Below, one piece after another: positions 1-21,503 of a stretch of 64,000 bases of DNA (positions are counted from its first letter, which is position 1; each line of letters begins with the position of its first letter). Origin of the DNA: the human T2T-CHM13v2.0 reference genome, Homo sapiens; the NCBI RefSeq assembly GCF_009914755.1, contig NC_060934.1; one strand, given 5' to 3'. A program made the position numbers and the translations under genes. The notes below the pieces were generated by a model. The model was not told the origin of the DNA. It saw only the letters and a program-made list of their open reading frames with translations, and did not search any database.

Positions 1-945
1 TATCCTTCAGTCAGCTTGTACCATCTGTCTTTGACGGCACATCTCACCAGGAATCACTACCCAGGATGCCCGTCCCCAAGAATCTCCTCCTATCTCCTTT
101 ATCTCTTTATCTCCTTAGTTATTTCCTCCTTATGACCCTCTGATTCCATGAGTCAACATTTTGAGCATTCTTCAGCAAGTATGCTAAACTCCCTTGCTGC
201 CTTCCTTCTGTGGCATTTTCCTAGCAAAAATGCTAAGCTGAAATGAACCCCAGGCCCTGGCTCCCCCATGCCTGCTCCTGAACAGCTGAAGGCCACTGGA
301 GGAAATCACACATCAGGACTCTTGCCAAATTTACGGTCACCAACCTCAATGGACCCACACTATTTCCAGCATTGAGAAATACTTGCAAAGTAAGGAAATA
401 CAGTATCTAAGGAAGGAACTCTGGGGACTCCAAAAAGTAAAGATTGCATGCTGGTAGAAAACCCAGCAAACAAAACAAAGAAATAGATCAGTATAGTGAG
501 AACCAAGTGAGAGAGTAACTTGGAAGCAAAGAGAAGAGAAAATTTCAGCAAGGGTTGGCTCGCTGCCATTGCCTCTTCTGAGCAAAGTTCTTTGTGTCAG
601 GCCTCTCCCTGGGTCAAAAGCCAGCCAATAGAGGGGCAGTCCTAGGGTAAGGTGCTCACCCTGATCCCATCAGTAGTTATTCTTGTGCAAAGTTCAACCC
701 AGCTTATTTCCTTTTGCAGGCAGTTGAGAGAGTGGCAGTTTCAGCTGCTAATGGACACTGATCTCAGCAGACATACTGAAAGAACGAGGAAGGGTCCAGA
801 ATCTTGAGGTCTTGGAGAGGCTGAAGTGAAGAAATGTAAAGCATAGAAGGAAGGGAGATTGCAGTTGGAAAGTGGAGCACCCCAGTCAAAGTTATCGAAG
901 TTCATGCAAGAATGGGTAGTTCCAAGGTCCAGAGTGTAATCATAA

Positions 946-1178
946 GAATTGAACAATGAGAACACTTGGACACAGGGTGGGGAACATCACACACCAGGGC
1001 CTGTCGTGGGGTGGGGGGAGGGGGGAGGGATAGCATTAGGAGAAATACCTAATGTAAATGATGAGTTAACAGGTGCAGCACACCAACATGGCACATGCAT
1101 ACATATGTAACAAAACTGCACATTGTGCACATGTACCCTAGAACTTAAAGTATAAAAAAATGAAATTAAATTTAAAAA
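946..1178 (+). mobile_element. L1PA 3' end (5'-truncated)
   Basis: Characteristic L1PA 3' UTR with G-rich tract, ...GTACCCTAGAACTTAAAGTATAA and an A-rich tail. Confidence 0.9.
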
Positions 1179-2814
1179 GTGAGGTACAACAGTGAAGTAG
1201 GAGGGATTACCAATGGAGTATTAAAGTTAGTTTTCTCTGGATCTCCCTGGTCAAATTATGAGCTCTCAAAAAACACTAATCTTTCCATTTTTCTATTATC
1301 TATAACATCTGGCATATAGTAGGCACACTGTAAATAAATAAAGAATGGATAGGCATTTAAGCTAGCTACTGGGGATACACTGGTCAGAAGAAACAGACAC
1401 AGTACTAATGGATTATACAGTCTTGTGGAGGAAGAGACAGACATTAACCAAATAATCAGACAAATGCATCTAAAATTACAAATGGCAAAATGTGTACTGA
1501 GGTTAACATTGCACCATGATAATGTGTCATAAAGAATCTGGCCTTGTCTGGGGAGAGAAGGAATCACTGAGAAGTGATGTTGGAGTGAGAGCTGAAGGAT
1601 GTGTAGTAGTTAGCCAGTGGAAGAAACAGGAGAAGAGTGGGCCAGAGAGAGGGAGCAGCATGTACAAAGGCCAAGGTGCTTAGCGTGCAGAGACCAGGAG
1701 TAAGAGTTCTTGGAAACAATCTTGAGGGGAGGCAGGGGACGATGGAGGGAGAGAGGGATGATAATGTCTGTAACAGTCATGGTCCATCTTCTTGGCTAGC
1801 AGAACCCCAATTTTGTTCAGACGGCAAGGGAAATTATCATGATTGATGCAAGCCAATGAAATCTCATTTCCTCTTGGCCAATGACTGGTCTTCTTGAGGT
1901 AATAGCTGACCAATCCAATCAGATGTAAGAGAAAGTCTTATTCAGGCCTTGTAGGAGGAATTTTTCTCCCTGAAGTGAAAAGCACATAAGGAGAATGCTC
2001 ATTTTCCCCCAACACTTCCCTGCTGCTTGAGATAGTGTGTTGTGGAAACATGATGCTTATGGCAGCCAACTTCTGACCATATGGAAAAGGCCAAGAAAAT
2101 CAGACACATAACCTTAGTTCTAACATCACTGAATCGTCAAAATAAGTCTGGAAATGCTTCACTCCAGACTTCTTGCATGATGTATGATAAATAAATTATA
2201 AGCCACTATTGTTGAGTTTTGGGTTTTTTTAAGAGCCAAAAGCAATCCTAACTATAGAGCAATTTCCAAAATCAGTCATGGAAGAGAACCATATAAAATT
2301 ATACAAAATGCTTTATATCATCAGTTCCTTTCTCTTTACAAACATCAGATGATTCAGACTACTACCAAACAGATGATAGAAAATAGGTCTTGGTTTGATA
2401 CCATTTTTAATATAATCTAAAAGATACCTTTGTTATTACTTTGTTCTGTGTACAGCTTTCTCCTTGCTTTCCTTGAATTCTTTGTTCCAGAGAAGAGGTA
2501 TAGTAAGGATGCTTTGAAGTGATGTCATTGATGTCACTCCTTTACCGGTGTCACTGACAAAGACACATTTACTATCCACATGGACAATGAGCACGCAGCA
2601 TGGAGTGAAATGGCCTGCACGCTAATAAGCCCTTGACTTTGATTCAAAGGCATAATCATAATCAGAGATGAATGGGTACTTAGAGCTCTTTGGGGAAGGA
2701 CAGTAATGGGATTATGAGGCCCAATATCTGGCAATCTACGCAATGTCACACAGTCAGAGTAGGCCGAGACCCGAGGCCAACTGATCTCAGCCCAGGACTC
2801 ACATAGTGTAGCAT

Positions 2815-3030
2815 ATGAAAGAACACACACAGGCTTCGGAGTCAAGACAGACCAGTCTGATTTCTGTGTGTCACTTACTAGCTGCATGATCCTTAGCTAG
2901 TTATTTAATCTCTCTAAATTTAAATTTCCTCTTTTAAAATTAGGATTAATAGATTTTATCCTGCAACAAGGTAGAATTAAATGAGATATTCTATGTAAAA
3001 CAAAAATCCCCAATAAGTAGTAGGTATTGC
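2815..3030 (+). mobile_element. MIR
   Basis: MIR core (cacttactagctg...tttcctc...taaaat). Confidence 0.6.
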
Positions 3031-3230
3031 CATGCCATATAAACTGTTCGGTTGTGTTTTGGTTAAGAGGCAGCAGAACTCAAGAGCATCTTCATGACAG
3101 GAAAGCGCAATTAACAAAGTCATGGAATAACTCATCTGATATTTCAGATGAACAGGCGATTGCTTTTTGTGACAGGTAATTGATACCTTGTTTACAGGTC
3201 ATTGGAAACAACTTTTAAAAACCTATGCTT

Positions 3231-3573
<343 letters not shown>

Positions 3574-4046
3574 TTAGTATTTGGTGTCTGTGCCAGTTTT
3601 TGTTTGCTTTTCAGTTTATATTTCATGGGTTTATCTACAGTACAAATAGCTTTGTTAGGCTTCTTCCTCCAAAGAGTTTTGTAATACTATTGGAAAAATA
3701 ATACAAAAAAGCCTAGAATAGGGTGGGTTGGATGGGTGGGTAGGTGGAGGGACAGACAGATGAACAGGTTGCTGATGGAAAGCACATCTAACTGTTTCAT
3801 CGGTATCCTTTCCAAAGGAACACAAGTCTTACAGTAATTTTCCCTCTTCCCCTTTTTGGTTAGGTCTCTATATTATAACAATAGGCTGTCTGGACTTTAT
3901 AGTTCCCAAGTAAGTGGAAATCAGCACAAGCTTTTTATGAACTACTTAGAGCTACAACTGGTATCTGATTAAAATTCTAATGTAAAGACATTAAGACTAT
4001 CTCCAGAATTATCAAAAGTTAGCCCAAAAGAACATCCAGGAAATTC

Positions 4047-4442
4047 TGTTAGGTCTATCTCTGTCTTGTTATAAAGAAATACCTGAGATTTGATAATTTA
4101 TAAAGAAAAGAGGTTTAATTGGCCCATGGTTCTGCAAGCTGTACAGGAAGCATAGTCCTGGCATCTCTCAGCTTCTGAGAAGACCTCAGGGGGCTTTCTT
4201 TTACGCATGGTGGAAGGTGAGGCGGGAGTAGCCATGTCACCTGGTGGGAGTGGGAGCAGTAGAGTTGGGGGAGATGCCACACACTTTTAAATAAAGACCT
4301 CAGTACAACTCACTATCTCAGACACAGAACCAAGCCATGAGGGATCCACCCCCAGGACCCAACACCTCCAGCCAGACTCCACCTCCATCACTGGGGATTA
4401 CATCTCAACATGAGATTTGGAGGGGACATCCAAACTATATCA
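4047..4442 (-). mobile_element. MaLR solo LTR (MSTA/MSTB-like)
   Basis: ATAAAGAAAAGAGGTTTAATTGG...CCAAACTATATCA termini typical of MST. Confidence 0.85.
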
Positions 4443-4611
4443 AAATTAAGAAATTGTTTTTCCTAAATCAAGCAAAACTGGTCCTGTGCAGGAAGCAAAC
4501 AATATATCAATAATTTCTGTATGCCTGAAGTCCAGCTAGGTTTGCTAAATGAAGAAACCAATAACATCTACCCTCCATAGGATGCAAAAGAGAAAAACAA
4601 AGAAATACCCT

Positions 4612-4810
4612 CTGTTGAATGCTAACTGTGGATAAAGCACTGTGCTAGATGCTTTTTATATGTGAAATTTTACTTAACTTTAAAAAAAAATCCTGTGAAG
4701 TCAGTATTATCTGTTCCATTTTGCAGATGAGGAAACAGACTCAGAGAACTCCAGTTAACTTGCCAAGACCACACAATGGATCCATGGCAGAGCTGATTCC
4801 AGACCAGCTA
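4612..4810 (-). mobile_element. MIR
   Basis: ccattttgcagatgaggaaacagactcagaga core. Confidence 0.7.
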
Positions 4811-5309
4811 CCCTCGTGAGGATGAGGATTCAAATGATGTACTTTTACTTCTAAAGGCAGTAGAACAGGATAAAATTCATCATCACTTCTTCCTCTCCCC
4901 TAGAAATCTGTAATACACATGAAAATATACCTAAGACCCTTTGGTGGCTGGATACCACTCACCAGGTCTAAGAATGATGGTTTGCTCAATTGCTGTTGGT
5001 GGCTGTGCAGGGGAACATGCCTAGCGCCACCCTGTTGATGGTAACACTCTGTCATGGCTGAATGAGCAACTCTTCCTGGAAACCATTGGCATGTACAAGT
5101 GTTTAGAGAAGCCAGGCTTTTGTTTCCTCATCTGGTACAAAGGAACCCTTTCTACCCTTCCCAGGAAGACATTGGTTAAGATATGGCTGAGGGAGGCATA
5201 GGGATTTTTTTTCAATGGTAGTCACCACAGACGGTTGAGGGTAAATTGGCGTTGTTCTCAATAAGGGTTATTGTGACCATGGTCCAAAGTCTGGCAGGAA
5301 TTTTTTTTA

Positions 5310-5616
5310 TTATTAATGTGTTTGCTTTCATTTTTGGTGCTAGGCAGCTGGGACACCAAGGAGAGTTCTGTGGCAAGCCACAAGTATGAAGGCCCAGAAC
5401 TTCCCCTGAGGGCATAGCTTCCATTTCAGTTTGGGGCAAGAATAAAATCTGCTCAAGGATATTAGTTTGGGAACTTCCTGGTGGTTCAGATTTCAAGCAG
5501 AGTTTGTGCTTAATCCTCACCCAGGCACCAAGGCTCAGAGTCAGCAGGAGTGAGTTCAGGAATCCTCGGGACAAGGCACTTTCCTGAGCACTGGACCAGC
5601 GACCTCTTGGCTTCCA
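5310..5616 (+). other. PLEKHS1: PLEKHS1 non-coding exon 1 / promoter-proximal region (5' boundary approximate)
   Basis: Strong donor CCA|GTAAGT at 5616/5617, about 70 bp upstream of the known intron-1 hotspot hairpin. The TSS cannot be fixed from sequence. Confidence 0.55.
5469..5480 (+). promoter_or_regulatory. NF-kB-like site GGGAACTTCC overlapping an ETS core (ACTTCCTG)
   Basis: Exact match to GGGRNYYYCC in the exon 1 region; motif match only. Confidence 0.3.
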
Positions 5617-5675
5617 GTAAGTACTGCTTGGTGTATCTGGTTTGGACTTCCAAGGCTGGGATGATCTAGAAGCTT

Positions 5676-5699
5676 TTTTGCAATTGAACAATTGCAAAA
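5676..5699. promoter_or_regulatory. PLEKHS1: Perfect inverted repeat TTTTGCAATT-GAAC-AATTGCAAAA; known PLEKHS1 somatic mutation hotspot (G5686, C5689)
   Basis: 10-bp arms around a TGAACA core, read directly; matches the recurrent non-coding hotspot reported mainly in bladder cancer. Confidence 0.92.
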
Positions 5700-5989
5700 T
5701 TGGAAATGGAAAATTTTGCAGATATGCTGTATTTCTGTTATGGGCACTTTCTTCATAAGCTTCCTAGGCTATACTATAGTCAGAGGGAAATAGGACTGAC
5801 CTCTTGGTATACTGTATTCACCAAATCCAAAATAATGTTATAATAAATGGGTCAGGCAGTGACTGTGGGGAGATTCTCCTGAATGAGATCAAACAGCTAA
5901 ATCAGAAAGGCTTTCTTTTTTGTTTGGGGGCAATGACAAGAAAAACAAGCAGAACTATGAAAAGACTTAATTCTACTTTCTTAGATAGG

Positions 5990-6560
5990 AGGAAAAGCAA
6001 AGTAGTTAAGGCCAGCTCTCAAGCTAGAATTCTGGTTCTGCTTCTTTTTAATTACATGATCAAAGTAAAGTTGTTTAATCTCTCCGATAACCATTTCCTC
6101 GTCTGTAAATGGGCATTGTATCATTGTGAAAACAGTGCAAGCTTTAGAGTACGGTTATGAGGTTAGGATGAGATTTTATATGTATATGTGAAATTATATG
6201 TATACATATACATAAAATCTTTCATATACATATTGCTTAGAAGTGCCTGGAATGTATTAAGTACTCAAAAAATGCTACCCATTATTAAACAACCATAGAA
6301 TCATAGAATATCTGAGCTGGAAAGGACCTAACAACTAGCATTTATTGAGCTTCTATTATGTACTGAGGAGTGCTCATCAACAGGGTATCTCAAGTGATAC
6401 TCCCAGCAATCTGATGAGGGTAGTAATAACCTTCATGTTACAGATGAAGAAATGGAGGTGTAGAGAAGTATTATAAAGTATCCAAGATCACATTCCTCAT
6501 AATTCATGGAGATGAAATTTAAACCCAGATGCCAGAGCTAACACTCTAAACCACCACACC
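5990..6560. mobile_element. Two MIR fragments in opposite orientation
   Basis: MIR cores near 6090 (+) and 6440 (-). Confidence 0.55.
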
Positions 6561-7671
6561 CTACTGCCTTATCTGTCCTCTCATTTTACGGTGGGTGGGG
6601 AGATGAAGGAGGAATGGTTGCAGCACATGACTCTGGAGCCCTTTGCAGACACTGGAAGGACAGAGATGTCCTCCAAAGCACACTTTGACATCCACAGGGC
6701 ACAGGGAGGGCAAATGTTATTTGGGAGTGTCCATGAGCATGAATGTGGTGCTGTGTGGAGTTCTGCCAGGGGACCTAGGTCCAAGTCATCTCAGTCTTCT
6801 CTCAAATGCAGCTTTTCATTTGTAAAATGAGCTATCTCAGAATGAAGCCATTCTGAACACAAAAAAATAATGTATGCAAATGCATTTTATAAACTTTAAA
6901 GGCTTTAGAAATATTTTTTAAAATGATTTTTTGGCTTTTTGACAAACAGCAGCTCAAAAACAGCTTGCAGTAAACACTGCTTTAAAATATGCCACCCACA
7001 GCTAATCTCTCCTGCACATTTCTCCGATTGGATCCTTGAGGGCCATCACTCATTAGGCTAACAGCTGCATAGGGGGCGTGGCCAAGTCCTATAAACATGG
7101 ACAGAGGGAAAGGTGATGGGTTGAAAACCGCTTGTCCCCAGCTCTTCAGGCAGTGAAATCCTTGAAACTGGAAAGAACCTCATGGATTTGATAAGAAATC
7201 TCAGGGATAATTTTTTAAATATTATCCATGCATTTTGGGGAGTGGGCAAGGTTTTGAAGAGGTTACGTTCTCTTTCTCACACAGAATTGCTCTTCCAGGA
7301 AACAACAGCCTTCGGCCTCAATAGCTTGGCATCTTTCCCAGGCATTATAGCTCATTGCACAGAGCTGAGTGTGCCCGCTACAGCAGGCGAGGGCTAAGGG
7401 CACCGGTTCTTCAACATATGCCTTCAGATGCCCGAGAAAAGTTGTAATTTGTTCAAGTGATCACTACTGTGATTATACAGGATACCTCAAGGGAGAAAAT
7501 CTTTCCCTAGGGGCAGGGTAGGTATGATTCCAGGGTCCAGGAAAGCCATCCCACTGGTCTTCAAAGAGCTTCCAAATGCTCTGACAAACCACCAAAAGCA
7601 TATCTTAGAACTTGTCTTAATCTTAGGATTTTCATCTCTGAACACATATATATATATATTTGTATTATATA

Positions 7672-7962
7672 TTTTTTTTATTTGAGATGGAGTCTTGCTC
7701 TATCACGCAGGCTGGAGTGCAGTAATGTGATCTCGGCTCACTACCTCTGCCTTCTGGGTTCATGTGATTCTTCTGCCTCAGCCTCCCAAGTAGCTGGGAT
7801 TACAGGTGCCCGCCACCACGCTCGGCCAATTTTTGTACTTTTAGTAGAGATGGGGTTTTGCCATGTTGGCCAGGCTGGTCTGGAATTCCTGACCTCAAAC
7901 AATCTGCCCACCTCAACCTCCCAAAGTACTGGGATTACAGGCATGAGCCACTGCACCCAGCC
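7672..7962 (-). mobile_element. AluS
   Basis: Full dimer, antisense. Confidence 0.92.
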
Positions 7963-8250
7963 TGAATATATGTATTTTTTCATCTCTGTATATGCATATA
8001 CACACACGTAATTAAAGAATTGCTGTAAGTCATCTACATGTTAGGAAGGAAGAATGAGTTTATGTTGAAGAAAGGGAGAGGTCAGGAGGGTCAAGGGCCT
8101 CTGCTTCCTCCCCCATCTTACTTGGGGCTGCTTGGGCACCTCCCTTTTCAGGGCCTTCTATTTTGAGAGTCTTACTAACTTAAGGTAAAAGTTAGTCATA
8201 CCAAATTTGTGGTTTCAAAGACCTCACTTGCCCTGCAGCCCTTCCCCTGA

Positions 8251-8719
<469 letters not shown>

Positions 8720-9132
8720 TGATGCTTTCTCGGCTACGTTGGCTCCATGGCATCCTGCCCTTTGCCCTGTTCTTATCTCTCCTTTGTGTTGCCATCCGCC
8801 AGCTCTCTTATCAAAGCAGTAAGAACAGAGAAAATCCCAGGAAGACAAGCTCCTTCAGTCTTCTCAACAACACCTCCGCAGAACCACCCACTGTGTGAGG
8901 ACAAGCTGCTTAGATGTGTCCCCGTTACTGCAGCTACCGTCAGCCTCAGGAACAGGGAGGGAAATACTAAAGAAAGGATGGGAATGGGAGACTCACAACC
9001 CATCTCAGCAACATTCGTGAGCACAATCCTGATACTCACTGACCAGCGGTGGCTGGTCAATGAAACACACGTAGTGTTGTTTGGGGACTAACACTAACCC
9101 TTCCTTTTGACAGGGGAGGACACACAGCCATC

Positions 9133-9160
9133 ATGGAACCCAAACCTCAGAAGAGTCCAG
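9133..9160 (+). CDS. PLEKHS1: PLEKHS1 exon 2 (exon 9114-9160), start codon; MEPKPQKSP
   Basis: Branch-like CTAAC plus ttccttttgacag acceptor; Kozak gccatcATGg; donor CAG|GTACCC; ends phase 1. Confidence 0.92.
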
Positions 9161-9265
9161 GTACCCGAGGGGTATAATCGCAGAAGCAGAAATCTTTTTA
9201 TTGAAAATGCCCCACAGTTTCCTTCAAGCTAACCAGGATACAGAACTTGGTGGTTTTTGTGTATG

Positions 9266-9560
9266 TTGTTTTGTTTTGTTTTGTTTGAGACAGTCTTGCT
9301 CTGTTGCGTAGGCTGGAGTACAGTGGCACGATCTAAGCTCACTGCAACCTGCCAGCTCAAGTGATCCTCTAACCTCAGCCTCCCGAGGAGCTGGCACTAC
9401 AGGCATATGCCACCATGCCTGCCTAATTTTCGTATTTTTAGTAGAGACGGGGTTTCTCCATGTTGGTCAGGCTGGTCTCAAACTCCCGGCCTAGGTGATT
9501 CCCCACCTCTCAGCCTCCCAAAGTGCTGAGATTACAGGCATAAGCCACCATGTACAGCCC
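9266..9560 (-). mobile_element. Old Alu (J/S) with a (TTTTG)n tail
   Basis: Alu dimer, antisense. Confidence 0.88.
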
Positions 9561-9954
9561 CAGAACCCAGGTGGGGATAATGGGTGGCATTCTGTGACAA
9601 TGATTCTTGGTTTGGAGAATGTAGCAGGAACTGTTGGATTCAATTAATTATTGTGTAAGAGTTTACCTGTCTAGAAGTTTAGCATTTTCTGATTTTCATG
9701 AGCCAAATTTTCCATTCATTGCCCAAAGATGATGTTAATAGCAAACTATGGGCCAGCAAAGACTGGAGAACATTTTCTTAATTTTACGTGAAACTCACAC
9801 TTAGAGAAGTGCCTGCATTGTCACCAGGGCTTATTATGAGGGTAGCTCAATGTATGGTATCAAGTATCCTTGCTCTTATTCATACACTTCTTTGTAGATG
9901 AGTGGATAGAAAAGCTAAGTTTAGGATGAAGTCACTTAGAAGTTAAATTATCCA

Positions 9955-10765
<811 letters not shown>

Positions 10766-10768
10766 GTC

Positions 10769-11069
10769 TTTTTTTTTTTTTTTTTTTTTTGAGACGGAGT
10801 CTCACTCTGTCGCTCAGGCTGGAGTGCAGTGGTGCGATCTCAACTCACTGCAACCTCTGCCTCCCGGGTTCAAGCAATTATCTGCCTCAGCCTCCCGAGT
10901 AGCTAGGAGGCGCCTGCCACCATGCCTGGCTCATTTTTTTGTGTGTTTTTAGTAGATACAGGGTTTCACCATCGTGGCCAGGCTGGTCTTGAACGCCTGA
11001 CCTCGTGATCCACCCGCCTTGGCCTCCCAAAGTGCTGGGATTACAGGCATGAGCACCGCACTGTTGGCT
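10769..11069 (-). mobile_element. AluS
   Basis: Poly-T followed by an Alu dimer. Confidence 0.92.
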
Positions 11070-11180
11070 GATTGGCCATATTTTTAATAGCTTTATTGTA
11101 GTTTATTGTAATTGGCATACAATAAGCTATTATATATCTAAAGTGTACAATTTGATAGAAGTTTTGATATGAAACATATA

Positions 11181-12931
11181 CAAGCACACCTCAGAGATAT
11201 TTCAAGTTTGTTTCCATGCCAATACAACCAAGCAAATATCACAATAAAGCTAGTCACATGAATTTATTGGATTCCATAAAAGCTATGCGTACACTATACT
11301 GTAGTCGAGTGTGTAATAGCATTATGTCTAAGTAAATAATTTGCATACCTTAATTAAAGATATTTTATTGCTAAGATTTGCTAACAATTATCTGAGCCTT
11401 CAGTGAGTCACAATCTTTTTGCTGGCAGAGGGTCTTGCCTCGATGTTGACGGCTGCTGAGTAATCAGGCAGGTTGTTGCTGAAGATGCGCTGGCTGTGGC
11501 AATTTCTTAAAATAAGACAACAATGAAGTTGACCACATCGATTGATTGTACTTTCATGAAAAATTTCTCTGTAGCAAGTGGTGCTGTTTGATAACATTTT
11601 ATCCACAGTGGAACTTCTTTCAAAATTGAAATCAATCCTCTCAAACCCTGACACCGATTTATCAACTAAGTTTATGTAATATTTTAAATCCTTTATTGTG
11701 ATTTCAAAAATAAACAGCATGTTCACCAGCTGTAGATTCCATCTCAAGAAAACACTTTCTTTTCATATCCCGTAAGAAGGAGCTCCTCATCTGTTGAAGT
11801 TTGATCATGAGATTGCAGCAATTCAGTCACATCTTCAGGGTTCACTTCTAATTCTAGTTCTCTTGTTATTTTCACCACATCTGCAGTGACTTCCTCCACT
11901 GAAGGAAGTTTTGAACCCCTCAAAGTCATCGAGGAGTATTGGAATCCACTTCCTCCAGACTCCTGTTGATGTTGATATTTTGACCTCCTTCTAGGAATCA
12001 TGAATATTTTTATGACATCTAGAATGGTGAATCCTTTCCAGAAGGTTTTCAATTAACTTTGCCCAGATCCATCAGAGGAATCACGATCTACAACAGCTAT
12101 AGCCTTATGAAATGTATTTCTTAAATAATAAGACTTAAAAGTTGAAATTACTCCTTGATCTAGGGGCTACAGAATAGATGTTGTGTTAGCAGGCATGTAA
12201 ACAGCATTAGTCTCCTTGTACATCTCCATCAGAGCTCTTGGGTGACCAGGTGTATTGTCAATGATCAGTAATATTTTGAAAGGAATCTTTTTTTTTCTAA
12301 GTAGCAGGTCTCTGCAGTGGGCTTCTAGAAATATTCATTAAACCATGTTATAAACAGATATGCTGTCACCCAGGCTTTGTTGTTGCACTGATAGAGCACA
12401 AGTAGAGTAGATTTAGTATAATTCTTAAGGGCCTTAGGATTTTCTAGCTTTTAATTGAAAGTGAGAGACATGTAACTCACCTTTCACTTGACACTCGCCT
12501 TCACTTAGAGGCCATTGTAAAGTTATTAATTGGCCTAATTTCAATATTGTTGAGTCTCATTGAATAGGGAGGTCCAAGGAGAGGAGAGAGATGGGGGAAT
12601 AGCCAGTCAGTGGAGCAATCAGAACACACACAACATTTTTGAAGTTCACCATCTTATATGGGCACCATTCATACTGTCCCAAAACAATTACTCAAAGATC
12701 ACTCATTGCTGGTCACTCTAATAGATATGATGATGATGAAAATGTTTGAGATATTGCAAGAATTGCCAAAATGTGACACAGAGACACTAAGTAAGCATAT
12801 GCTCTTGAAAAAATGGTCCCAGTAGACTTGCTCAGTGCAGGGTTGCCATAAACCTTCAATTTGTAAATAAAAAAAAAAGCAATATATGCAAAGCACAATA
12901 AAGTGAAGTGCAACAAAATGAGGTCTGCCTG
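11181..12931 (-). mobile_element. Tigger1 DNA transposon with both TIRs and an internal deletion
   Basis: TA-flanked TIRs (caagcacacctc / gaggtctgcctg); ORF-track fragments (KTFWKGFTILD, EEVTADVV) are Tigger1 transposase. Confidence 0.92.
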
Positions 12932-12933
12932 TA

Positions 12934-19360
<6,427 letters not shown>

Positions 19361-20161
19361 GACAGTATATATTGCCCTTTGGCTTAGCAGACAAAAGCAA
19401 AACCACTCACTATTGAAAACGGGGTGGCAGAAGTGATTAAATAAAGAAGTTTCTAAAATGTTAACTGCTTCTCTATAAGTGATGAAATTATAGGCAGTTT
19501 TAATATTTTCTATATTTTCTAAAATGTCTACAATAAATATGTATCATATTCACTATTTAGAAAAACACAATGTTGTTAAACACAGTGTTGTTATTTTTGT
19601 TTTCATTTTGGGTTTGTTTTTGTTTTTGTTTTAGCTTGGATTTGCTTTCACATCCAGGCTATAGGTTTAGTTTGTCCTCAGTTTTGGAAAGGGCAGTCTT
19701 TACTAAAAAAATTAGAGCTTCTTTATTAAGTGAAAACAGACTTAAGATTTGGTAATACAGTATTTGGTAATAGCTGGGGCTATTAGGATAGTATCCAGTA
19801 ATTCTGGGGAGGTGGCTGTGTTTACCTTCACTCCTTTTCCAACTTCTGCAGCAACTCTACCTGTCCCCCTTCCCCAGATAGTTTTTGCCACTTCATTTTT
19901 AATAGCAGGTGCTTTTGCTCTTGTTTGCTAAGCCAAAGGGCAATGCAGAATTATCATGCTTCTGCAATGGAAATACAGCCAAATCTTTGCTCACACGTAG
20001 AGAGCCAACGACATACTCTAGAAACAGAAAGCCAGACAGGTGTGAGCTGAATTAACATGGTTTCAAATGTTGTTTGAATGAAGGTCTCGGCTGTGGAGGA
20101 ATAAGAATCATACATTTGGTCCTTTGTTTTCTTGGGTTATTATAGGTGTCCTTTTCCATAA

Positions 20162-20401
<240 letters not shown>

Positions 20402-20453
20402 TGAGCATTTTTAAAAATCATTTCTTTTCCTCTGAGATTTAACTAAGACATAA

Positions 20454-20633
<180 letters not shown>

Positions 20634-21181
20634 TAACAAGTTGCATGCAAATTGAAATTTACATAATTGACCAAAGGAACCTGCTTCAAGCTGATTATAA
20701 TATTTGTGACTGAATAGGAGCTAAAATAGTGAGCACTTTGAGTTAAAAGATAGTTGAATATTTGTTTCATATTGTATGTCATACTTGATAAGTCTTTAAT
20801 TAACAGGCATTCAGTTAAGGAGTTTGATTCACATAATTTGTGGATGAGAGGGAGCAGATGAAATTGTCATTTTATAAAGTCAAGATAGAGTTTTAAAAAA
20901 TATTTAGATCAGCTTTTTTTGGTCTTCTCTTTAATAAATTGTGCACCCCAAAATTGAAAAACATAATTTGTGGAATCAAGAATCCAATTAAAATAGAAAT
21001 TTTTGAATCTTAGGCTAAACAAAATAATTTCAATTAATTAACCAGATCAAAAAATCCAAACTTATCTTCTAAAATTATTGGACAATCTTGGAAACATGGA
21101 TCCAGCACATCTAAAGTTTTATTCCATTTGAATCCCAATATAAAATATTAGTTTTCTATTTCTGTATTTACCTTGGTTTAA

Positions 21182-21340
<159 letters not shown>

Positions 21341-21503
21341 TGAGAGAAGTAAGATAACACAGAATATCTACTGCATGCAAAACAAAAACAAACCAAAAAA
21401 CAAAACATTTTATACCAATAAACATGTTCTGAACCCACGCTACAAACCTCAAATGCCATCTTGGCAATCTTAGTTATTTTTAAAAATATCTTGAAAAGTT
21501 ACT

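Noticed and set aside
5212-5697. 161-aa minus-strand ORF over the PLEKHS1 promoter
   Set aside because: Non-ATG start, no recognisable domain or splice context; likely chance.
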